A stretch of 62,886 nt of DNA, counting the filler, from Octopus bimaculoides (lineage: Eukaryota): NCBI RefSeq assembly GCF_001194135.2. It is 7 parts of 7 records of this genome, joined end to end, with 100 filler letters (N's around TTAATTAATTAA, not from the genome) between each part and the next. Parts side by side here need not be neighbours in the genome. Positions count along the whole stretch, not along the records: positions 44,907 to 54,319 come from NC_068986.1; positions 54,420 to 58,522 come from NC_069007.1; positions 58,623 to 60,919 come from NW_026386561.1; positions 61,020 to 62,886 come from NW_026433005.1; 3 more parts are not named here. One strand, written 5' to 3'. Shown in pieces: positions 51,830-62,886 of the stretch (position 1 is its first letter; each line of letters begins with the position of its first letter). Under the pieces are notes generated by a model. That model was not told the DNA's origin, did no database searches, and worked only from the letters and a program-made list of their open reading frames with translations. The translations under genes were made by a program, and so were the position numbers.

Positions 51830-52580
51830 CGCTGTGGTGTGGCTAAGTGGTTAGGAAGCTTGCTTTGCAACCATGTGGTTTCGGGTTCGGCTCCAATACA
51901 AGGCACCTTGAGCAATGCGTTGCCGACCAATGCGTTGCGAGTGAATCAAGTTCAGGCAAAAAGTGTGTGTGTATGTGTGTGTGTGTACGTGTGTATGTGC
52001 GTATGTGTGTATATGTGTATGTGCGTGTATGTGAGAGTGTGAGCGTGTGTGTGTGTGTGTGTGTGTGTGAATGTGTGTATATGTGTGTGCATCAGTGTGT
52101 GCGTGTATGTGTGTGTACGTGTGCATATGTATGTGTATGAATGCGTTTATGTATGCGGTTATGTGTGCATGTATACGTGTGTGTATGTGCGCATTTATAT
52201 ATGTATGTATATGCATACATGTTTTTATCTGTGTGTATGTTTGTGTGCATGTATGTATGTATGTGCATATATGTATGTATATATATGTGTATATAAATGT
52301 ATATATATATATGTATATATGTATATATATGTGTATATATATGTGTGTGTGCGTGTGTGTGTGTATGTGTGTGTGTATATATGTGTATTTGTGTATGTAT
52401 GTAATTGTATTTGTACTTGTATCTCACACCGTTTGACAACCGGTGTTGGTTTGTTGACGACTCTGTAATCTAGGGTTTCTGTAAAAGAGAACGACAGAAT
52501 TAAGTTCCAGACGTAAAATAAGTACTGGATTCGATTAAATATTTCAAGATGATTCTCCAGCTTGGCCGCAGCCCAATGAC
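51830..52580 (+). mobile_element. SINE family A expanded by a ~450-bp (TG)/(TA) microsatellite
   Basis: Head at about 51830-51960, compound microsatellite at 51960-52410, tail CAGCTTGGCCGCAGCCCAATGACTGAAAC at about 52560-52590. Confidence 0.8.
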
Positions 52581-53164
52581 TGAAACAGTTCAAAGATGAA
52601 AGATCAGAAAAAAAGGAAAAAAAAAGAAGAAAAACAAACTAAACAAAAATCGGGGGTACCTTTACGCGGTTGCTTGACATGCTAGAAAGTGTAACCAAGC
52701 CCTTTACTAACCAACCCTACCATTGTAAAAATGGCGAAACACATCATTATACACTGATGTATTGGTTAAAGGAAAGAGGTTTGGTTAGAACTGCCGAACC
52801 GATAAGTCTGCAAAGTCTGTAGCACAAGTTCTGATTACATCAACCCCCAGGGCTCGACTGGTACTTATTTTATCGATTTCAAAAGTAAAAAAAGGCAAAA
52901 TCGATCTCCGCGGTATTTGAAATCAGATCATAAAAAGCCGGAGGGAATGTTGCCAGGTATTTTGTCCGGTGTGCTAACCGTTATAACTCGCTGCCTTAAT
53001 AATAACATTTTATAATTTTGGTGCAAGGTCAGCAGTTTTAGGGAAATGGGGTCAGTCGATTTCATCGACCCCTAAAGGATGAATAACAAAGTCGACTTCG
53101 GTGGTATTCGAACTCAGAAACCAAATCCGGAAGAAAGGTCGCTAAGCAATTTGTTCGTCGTGTT

Positions 53165-53220
<56 letters not shown>

Positions 53221-53275
53221 CAACAACATCTAAAAATACCTTAGGAATGAGAGCCCATGTTCGAAATTTCCCCAA

Positions 53276-53321
53276 GACACTTGATGAAGACTGGAGAGTA
53301 TATCAGCCGAAACGTTGTGTT
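53276..53321 (+). ncRNA. Minimal type-I hammerhead ribozyme-like motif within an (AAT)n-associated repeat (53235-53370)
   Basis: GACAC-UUGAUGA-A-GACUG gagaguauau CAGCC-GAAAC-GUU-GUGUU: stem I 5 bp, stem II 4 of 5 bp, palindromic AACGUU at stem III. C3 is replaced by U in this copy. Confidence 0.6.
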
Positions 53322-54274
53322 AACAACAAACAAGACGAGGACAAATATCCGTCAAATGTAAATAATGTGTTTACGATTCTTTTCTACTCTAGGCACAAGG
53401 CCCGAAATTTTTGGGGAGGGAGGAGGCCAGTCGATTAGATCGACACCAGTACACAACTGGTACTTAACTTATCGACCCTGAAAGAATGAAAGGCAAAGTC
53501 GACTTCGGCGGAATTTGAACTCAGAACGTAAAGACAGACGCAATGCCACTAAGCATTTTGTCCGGCGTGCTAACGACTCTACCAGCTCGTTGTCTTAACA
53601 GCAGCAACAACAACAACAACAACAGCAGCAGCAACAACAACATCATCATCATCATCATCAACAAGAACAAGAATAAAAAAAGAACTAGAACAAGAACAAG
53701 AACAAGAACAACAACAACAACAACAACATTGACACTACGATATGGATGGATACGTTTGTCCGTGTTCGAGACATTGGAAGTCGTAACGATATGGAGAGTT
53801 ATGAGAATGATGGTGGTGTGGTGATGGGAAGAGTGTCTCGTCTGATGCATACAGGATCAGGATAAGCCTAGGGTTAAACAGCTACAACTCTCTGACGATT
53901 TCGTTAATGTTTTGGCGAAAAGATGCGAGGCCAAAGAAAGCAATCACTCGACCGCTTGAATTTGAACCAATTATATTATGAATGAAATCGAGTGGCCGTG
54001 AAGTCACATACGTCTTGGTTAATGAAATGTATTGAACATGATTATGAAATAAAGTGAAAATAGAAGAGAATTGATGACTGGTTATTGAATAACAACAGGA
54101 AATTGATGTCTGTTTAAAGTAAAGGAAGATTGATATATCATTGGGTATTGAATATAATATTGGGTGTCGAATAAACTAATAAAAAACCTCTTGTTACTTA
54201 ATTCTAGTCACTATTCTTCCGTATACATACATACATACATACATACATACATACATACATACATACATACAAAC

Positions 54275-54319
<45 letters not shown>

Positions 54320-54419
54320 NNNNNNNNNNNNNNNNNNNNNNNNNNNNNNNNNNNNNNNNNNNNTTAATTAATTAANNNNNNNNNNNNNNNNNNNNNNNNN
54401 NNNNNNNNNNNNNNNNNNN

Positions 54420-54450
<31 letters not shown>

Positions 54451-54904
54451 ATATATATATACGTATGTATGTATATACATCTAACATTTTACACACGCAA
54501 CACATTGTTTATCAACCGCTGTGTCGAATGATTAAATATTCATATGTAAACACAGGAGAAACGCAGAAATCACGTCTTGTGCTCACGAATACAAATGTCT
54601 GGCTACGAAGCTCAAAGCAACCAGAGACTCATTGACGTATATAAGAACGGATGTATATATGTATGCATGTATGTATGTATAGATATATATTTGTGTGTAT
54701 ATGGTAGAGACAAGGACGAGACAAAGTAATACTGATGACACCGTAGGTTGAGATTTGGCCGGAGGGTTAGTAAAGTTGTCCCTGCCCGGTGTCCTGCACT
54801 TTTTGTATGCGTACACGAACTGCTCTATACATACATACATACATACATACCTACGTACATACATAAATAGTTATAAATGGGTATACAGAAGTATATACGT
54901 ATAA

Positions 54905-54955
<51 letters not shown>

Positions 54956-55160
54956 CTTATGTACATTTGAATATATATGTATGAATATATATGCATATGT
55001 ATATGTGTATATATATATACAGACCATGAGGTACACACGCCTATGTATCTATTTACGTATCCATCTATCAATTTATTTATCTGTATATCTATCAAAACAC
55101 ACACACATATATCTACGTATACACTCACGACACAGACACACACAAACACACACACTCAGG

Positions 55161-55202
<42 letters not shown>

Positions 55203-55593
55203 GTCAGATTTCAAAAACTACAGATATATCTTCCCCTACAGGTAAACAATAATGAATGAGTCTATAAAACCAACATTGTACTCTTTGGCAGTAAAATGAT
55301 TGTTTTCATCTAGTATTAAGAAATAGGAATGGTGGATGGTGAATTTCGGGGCCAAAATGGGTTGGGATGTTTGGGTCGTGGCACCATTTCAGTGATATTT
55401 TGCCTGCAAGGGTTCTGATTCTTGAAACAATAATTACGATGAAATTGTCATTGATATATGTGACAGTAAATACTTTATAATACCCATATCCATGAATAGT
55501 ATGCTCATTAATTAGTCACATGTTCCTTCAATCATTTAATTATAGTAATTACATATTTGCCGTCTTGGTTATAATCTTTATTTTATTTAGAAT

Positions 55594-55643
<50 letters not shown>

Positions 55644-55774
55644 GTCTGTCTGTGTGTCTGTCCATCTCTGTCTATCTATCTATCCGCTTATGTATCCTTT
55701 TATCTATCTCTCTATCTATATATATAGCCATCTATTTATCTGTCTGTCTGTCTGTCTGTATGTCTGTCTGACCG

Positions 55775-55841
<67 letters not shown>

Positions 55842-55920
55842 CCATTTCTCTTTATTTAAAATGTGATCCTCTATGTATCTATCTCTCTATTTATCAGTTT
55901 GTCTATCTAAGGCTCTGTTA

Positions 55921-55965
<45 letters not shown>

Positions 55966-55970
55966 CCTAC

Positions 55971-56025
<55 letters not shown>

Positions 56026-56816
56026 CCTAGCTGGTTAGCTAGCTTCTTCATAACAAAAAAAAAAGAAACAGATGAAACTGATACTACAGCATGTCCACTG
56101 GCCAAACAGAAACTCAGTAGCAACGTTAAACACTAGAATCCAGATATGCTTTAATATTCCATGAAAATATTCTGCACATCGCGCTGAAGTGGAAGAAGAA
56201 CAAATATAACATGGCTACCAAAATATTGATAAGCGTGAAAACATGTCTGCGAAAAGCTAATATATATTGCAGAAATGAAGTGCGATAATTGGACATTTGC
56301 GATGACTTAATGTTGCTCATGGAATACATTGGCATGCGATTAGTCGTGATTATCCGCATGAAATTAAGCTTCTCCTTAGCTTCGTACATTCAGTTCTAAA
56401 TCAAATTTACCACGCATTCACTCGGTCTCCAGAGTGGACAATGCATATATATATATATATATATATACCACAGAAATACAAATGTAAATATATAAACAGA
56501 CACACAATCAAAATGACAGAGTGAGAATGAGGGGGGTAACAGAGAGAAAGTGAGATAGATAGAGAGAGAGAGGGAAGCAGTTAAAGAAACTGATTTGATG
56601 CATAATAATGGAACAGTTAAGTTCTAAGTTTATCTATGTGTTTCAGGTGCAGGAGTGGCTTTGTGGTAAAAAGCTTGCTTACCACCCAGATGATTCCAGT
56701 TTCAGTACCACTCTTTGACACCTTGGGCAAGAGTCTTCTACTATAGCCTCGGGCCGACCAAAGCCTTCTTTATTATTATTGTCATTACTATTATTATTAT
56801 TATTATTATTATTATT

Positions 56817-57173
56817 TTATGTTTGACTTTTGTTTTGCATTTGTACAAGTTGGATCCAAGTCTCACCCAGAGACCTCAAGAGACAACAAGTTAGAAGATC
56901 ATGTAGGTGTTATGCCTAGGGTACCATATACTTGGATTTNNNNNNNNNNGGTACCATATACTTGGATTTGTACAGTTTTGTTCTAGTGAATGTTTAAGAA
57001 ACCATAAGAAAGTTATGTGTTTGTTTCAAAATTTGAGATCACATAGACAGTATTTTACGTAGGATATGGGCAGCTCCCATGAGCACTATCTTTTGAACTT
57101 CAGCCATTTTGGGGTTTCCTGGTATCTGAGCTAGGTAGTAATCAGCCCGTTTCGCTGTCATTCCCAGAGCACC
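56817..57173 (-). mobile_element. R4/Dong-like (restriction-like endonuclease) non-LTR retrotransposon 3' end
   Basis: 57173 to 57039 translates GALGMTAKRADYYLAQIPGNPKMAEVQKIVLMGAAHILRKILSM*, the GALG...QK..L.G.A.ILRK.L C-terminus of RLE-clade elements. (ATT)n lies on both sides. Confidence 0.8.
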
Positions 57174-57197
57174 TATTATTATTATTATTATTATTAT

Positions 57198-57248
<51 letters not shown>

Positions 57249-57892
57249 AATTGAAAGAAGGAGGAGAATGTGAAGATGTGATGGTGGCGGTGGTGGTGGT
57301 GGTGATGGTGGATGTGTATTATGTTATGTGGACGGCGGTAAAAATCTCTTGTTTCATTGTTGCTATGCCCCACGTTGTTGCTTTCGTTGTTGCTAATGTT
57401 GTTGTTTTATTACATATTACGACAGATGTTGTTATAGTTAGTATCAACATCTTTGCTGTTGTTACTGTTGTTGTTGTTGTTGTTGTCTTGTTACATTTGT
57501 GATTCACATTTGTATGACATCATTATTCCTGTTTCGCGGCCACGTCGTTGTGATGGCAGCGGGTGGGGGTAGCCATTTGTGAAGCCATTCTTCGTCTTGG
57601 CTGTTTGATTGGAGATTTATAAATAACAGGAATAAAACTAATAAATGTATAATTGAAAAAAAAAGAAAGAATAATAAACTTGCCGAAGAAAAAGAGGGAC
57701 TGACGTAAAAGACGAACAAAATCCGTTGAAGGGAAATATGAAAATAAAAATTTCAAAATGGCGTCCGTGAATGATGGAGAGGAAAAATACGAATGACTAA
57801 AAGTGATAAAAGAGACCCAAGAAAAGGGCATAGTATCTTCGTTGGTGTAGAAGTAGCACGAAACATGTAAACACATATGTACACACTCACCC

Positions 57893-57932
<40 letters not shown>

Positions 57933-58488
57933 ATTGTAAACACACGTACACACACGATCATACAGAAGGATACATATAAATATATATGTGTGCTGCGCAT
58001 GTATTTGTGTCTGCGTGTCTGTGTGTTTGTGTTTAGAGATAGAGATAAAAATGAAGATATATAAATATTATATATATCTGTAGGCTATGTGTATATAATG
58101 TGATTTGTGTATATGCATGTAGGTGTCTTCTGTGTGAAAGCGTTTATACATACGGTACATGTTTGTCGGCATGTATGCATGTATGTATGTATGTATGTAT
58201 GTATGAATGCATGCACATATATAGGTTTGTATGTGTATATGTGAGCCTATTTTTGTGTGAATGACTGAGTAAGAAGTATACGCATGACAAAAAAACAACT
58301 TCTTGATCAGAGTAAGAATACAGTTGCGTCAGTGTATATGTGTGTGTCACTGTGTATAGACAAAGGGAGATAGATATATAGATAGACAGATAGGCAGATA
58401 GAAGATTACATACGTACATACATACATACATACATATATATGCATGTATTATATATGTGTACGTAAGTATAGAGATATATGCGTATAA

Positions 58489-58522
<34 letters not shown>

Positions 58523-58622
58523 NNNNNNNNNNNNNNNNNNNNNNNNNNNNNNNNNNNNNNNNNNNNTTAATTAATTAANNNNNNNNNNNNNNNNNNNNNN
58601 NNNNNNNNNNNNNNNNNNNNNN

Positions 58623-59137
58623 ATACAAAAAGATCAAAACTGAAACAATCACATTTCGATACTGTAATGACATATACTAAAACTACATACAAAATTTGCC
58701 TTTTATAGTATAGACTAGCATTGTCACCGGCAAGTCCTATCAAAATTTCAAAAGGAATATCATGTAAGGTGAAGAACCTTTCAACAGAGGAAAAACTTCC
58801 AAAAGAATTAGATAACTATCAGTAATTTTTTGAGTGCTATAACTATAAAATCAAGCTAACAGAACAAGCTGTAACTGCATCAGTAATTTCCTCAACAATT
58901 AATGAAAACTTGCACTGTTTGAACTGTTTAATGAGGACCTAAAATATTTTTATATATTTGAGTGGCTTCGGTTCTTACACATTTAATATCTTTAGTTATT
59001 TTAGAATCAGGATATTGCATACTGAATTAGTCTAGGTAAATGATCCATAAGTCTCACTGGTAAGTTACGTTCTGCAATGAAAGAACAAAGCTTAAGCTCC
59101 ACAGCTGGTACGTTCGTAATATGAACAGAAAAAGTTG
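58623..59137 (-). pseudogene. hAT-superfamily transposase relic
   Basis: VELKLCSFIAERNLPVRLMDHLPRLI...PDSKITKDIKCVRTEATQIYKNILG...FSLIVEEITDAV...IGLAGDNAS...KCDCFSFDL, across several frameshifts. Matches the hAT E.KL..FIAEHNLP...DHL, S...DE.TD, IG...DNAS and C.CHS motifs. Confidence 0.8.
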
Positions 59138-59140
59138 TAG

Positions 59141-59778
<638 letters not shown>

Positions 59779-60822
59779 AGTAACAAAGTAGTGTTTCTTT
59801 TTATATCAAAGCCTTATTCTGCCAAGTACGATTGTTGAGGAATTTACTATTTGTATGTCATTTAATATCAAAGATCTTTCAAATATAGTGCCTTACTACA
59901 ATTTCAATGATTATCAAACTGTAAAAGTTTGTGATTGTGTAGCTCTGGCCTATTCTGATTTAGCAGAGCTATGTCATAAAGGTAGTTGGTTGAACATCTT
60001 AATGTGACCTATAAATCTTATACTCCAGACATCCATAGTTTTGTTTTGTATAGAACTGTGCACATTCAGCATGCTGATCTCTGCAGTCAGTATTGAATCT
60101 TCTAAAATCTGACAAGTATTCCAGCCATGGTCATCTCATATTGAGACATTGTTACCATCGGTAACATCAACTATTACATGCTTTAATGTGAGGCCAAATG
60201 ATGTAAATTATACCCATAAAAAAATACAACGATCAATTTGGTCACTGAGTTTCTTGTTTTGTGATAAAATTTTCTCAATTTTTTTAATAAATAAAATCAT
60301 AAAGCCCTCAACCAATGCATTTTACATTTAACTCTTGAATTATTTTAAAAAATGTGTTCTTTAAAACATCTTTATTATCTTTAATGTTTCTTTAAAAAAT
60401 TTTTACATTTGCTTTTTACATTAAATATCTTACCTAAATGTCTTCCATATTAAATCAGGTATAAAATGATGATCTGGCAGAATCATTAAACAAATGCTTG
60501 GCGGCATTTTGTCTGTCTCTGTGTTCTGAGTTCAAATTCTGCTGAGGTTGACTTTAGCTTTCATCTTTTTGGGGTTGATGTACTTGAATTTCCCACTCTC
60601 CTGAAGTTTTAAATATTAAACCAAGTACGAGATGAAAGTCATGCCTAAAAAATAAAAGGTGTGCCTTGTGTAAAGAGTACAATACTATTTGTAACAATAT
60701 TTATCAATAGTCTTCAATACTATTGAAGACTATTTTCAAATACTTAGAATGTTTGCTTGCTTTGCAATCACTAGATCCCAAATTCAATTCTTCTGTGTGG
60801 CATCATGGGCATGTGTCATTTA

Positions 60823-60919
60823 TGAGGGGGTATCAAACGGTTCCCAGACTAGTTATGTATACTAAAAATAGCTTATTTGCCTAAGTTTTAACATCATCTC
60901 CTTTGAAATAATCACCTTG
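60823..60919 (-). mobile_element. mariner 3' end with TIR (same family as 5310-5846), cut by a gap
   Basis: Reverse complement CAAGGTGATTATTTCAAAGGAGATGATGTTAAACTTAGG...CTGGGAACCGTTTGATACCCCCTCATA aligns with 5766-5846. Confidence 0.7.
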
Positions 60920-61019
60920 NNNNNNNNNNNNNNNNNNNNNNNNNNNNNNNNNNNNNNNNNNNNTTAATTAATTAANNNNNNNNNNNNNNNNNNNNNNNNN
61001 NNNNNNNNNNNNNNNNNNN

Positions 61020-62480
61020 TAATAATAATAATAATCATAATAATAATAATAATAATAGTAGTAGTAGTAATAATAAATAGTAATAATAATAATAATAGTT
61101 GTAGTAGTAATAATAATAATAATAATAATANNNNNNNNNNNNNNNNNNNNNNNNNNNNNNNNNNNNNNNNNNNNNNNNNNNNNNNNNNNNNNNNNNNNNN
61201 NNNNNNNNNNNNNNNNNNNNNNNNNNNNNNNNNNNNNNNNNNNNNNNNNNNNNNNNNNNNNNNNNNNNNNNNNNAATAATAATAATAATAATGGTAATGG
61301 TAATAAAGCTGAGAAAAGAAAAGACATCAACAACGACAAACATCTATGACATCAAGGAAGTAATGATGGTGATGACAGCGATGACAACAACAACAACGAC
61401 AACAAGAGCAGTAATAACAAAGGATCTGACTAAAGAGAATAAAAACACCGAAGATACCATTATACAAGAATATTGAGAAGAATAATGACACCAATGACGA
61501 CAACAACAGCAACAACAACAATTACAAAGACAGCTGCAATGAAGATGCTATTACAAGAGTGACAAGAAGAACAACAATGTTGATGGTGATGATGACGATG
61601 ATGATGATGATGGTGGTGGGGATGATGGTGATGATGATGATGAGGATGATGATGATGATGGTGATGATGGTGATGGTGATGATGGTGATGATGTTGATGA
61701 TGATGATGATGACAATGATGGAGATGATGATGATGAGNNNNNNNNNNGATGATGATGATGACAATGATGGAGATGATGATGATGAGTATGATGATGATGA
61801 TGATGATGATGATAATGACGATGATGACGAGTGTGATGATGATGATGATGATAATGACGATGACGATGATGACGATGATAATGACGATGATGACGATGAC
61901 GATGATGTTGATGTTGACGAGTATGATGAAGATGGTGACGATGACGACGATGATGATGATGATGATGATGACGACGATGACAATGATGACGACGGCGACA
62001 ATGACAATGATGATGATGACGATGATGAGTATGATGATGATGGTGACGATGATGACGATGATGATGATGATGATGATGNNNNNNNNNNGATGATGATGGT
62101 GACGATGATGACGATGATGATGATGATGATGATGATGACGATGATGGGGATAATGATGATGACGATGATGAGTATGATGACGATGATGATGATGATGACG
62201 ATGACGATGATGATGATGATGAGTATGATGATGATGATGATAATGATGATGATGACGATGACGATGATGTTGATGATGACGAGTATGATGATGATGATGA
62301 TGATGATGATGANNNNNNNNNNGATGATGATGATGATGATGATGATGACGACGATGACAATGATGATGATGACGATGATGATGATGATGACAACGACAAC
62401 GACAGTGATGACGACGACAATGGTGATGATGACGACAATTGTGATGTTGATGATGATGATGATGATGATGATGATGACAG
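61020..62480 (+). repeat. Compound trinucleotide microsatellite field: (TAA)n, (CAA)n, (GAT/GAC)n
   Basis: About 900 bp of GAT/GAC/GGT units interrupted by short N gaps. Generates the poly-D/M/S/H ORFs. Confidence 0.95.
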
Positions 62481-62886
62481 CAATGGCAACAACAGCCTGA
62501 ACAACAATATTAATAACAAATTATAAGCAGGAAAGACTTCAACGGACGAAGGACATCAGTAAAACGACAACAACAACAACAATACCAACTGCAACAACAA
62601 TGAAACAATAATTGTACCAAACAACAATGAAAATATTATCAACAATATCACTAATGCCACCACCACCAAAAACAACAACAACAGCAACAATAACAACAAT
62701 AACGGCAGCACCAAGAATGCGCCAGACATCAAACAACAGTCTCCACACACATGCACATGCACACACACCTTCCCCTAAAAAAAAACAACAGACAACAGCA
62801 GTAGCAATACCACCACCACCACCACCATTACTGCCACACCACCACTATCACTACTACCGCCTCCTCCACTACAACTACTACATCAT

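Noticed and set aside
16873-54367. ORFs of 120-385 aa containing X runs or YI/CV/HT repeats
   Set aside because: Artefacts of N gaps and (TA)n/(TG)n/(CA)n tracts.
245-56767. tRNA-like A/B-box segments as tRNA genes
   Set aside because: All are SINE heads fused to repeat bodies. No complete cloverleaf or acceptor stem is visible.
61522-62519. Long poly-Asp, poly-Met, poly-Ser and poly-His ORFs
   Set aside because: They are translations of a (GAT/GAC)n microsatellite that is open in several frames on both strands, span N gaps and have no unique domain.

Overview
Eukaryotic, AT-rich, microsatellite- and transposon-saturated DNA with many assembly gaps. The SINE families, the (TA)n/(CA)n load and a tandem C2H2 zinc-finger array point to a coleoid cephalopod, most likely Octopus (inference). 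Six artificial 100-bp spacers (44 N + TTAATTAATTAA + 44 N) join seven sequence blocks, so adjacency across them is unproven. I cannot support any intact protein-coding gene, rRNA, tRNA or CRISPR array, and most ORFs in the track come from microsatellites or N-runs. Recognisable content: a disabled 7-finger C2H2-ZNF abutting a hAT transposase relic (58.6-59.8 kb); decayed LINEs (RTE, CR1/L2-group, R4/Dong-like, Penelope-like); DD34D-type, DD37D and DD41D Tc1/mariner relics; piggyBac- and hAT-type MITEs; and several SINE families. The most interesting signals are structural: (i) two families of short repeats that fold into minimal type-I hammerhead ribozymes (14.5/14.8/53.3 kb and 30.5/49.1 kb); (ii) a pre-miRNA-like 89-nt hairpin at 38.0 kb; (iii) a 3' tail shared between a SINE family and the CR1/L2-group LINE; (iv) a contrast between CpG-depleted and CpG-retaining blocks; (v) a few weak candidate minus-strand exons. 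All folds, alignments and family names were read by eye or recalled and need computational confirmation. I found no convincing wholly new biological system.
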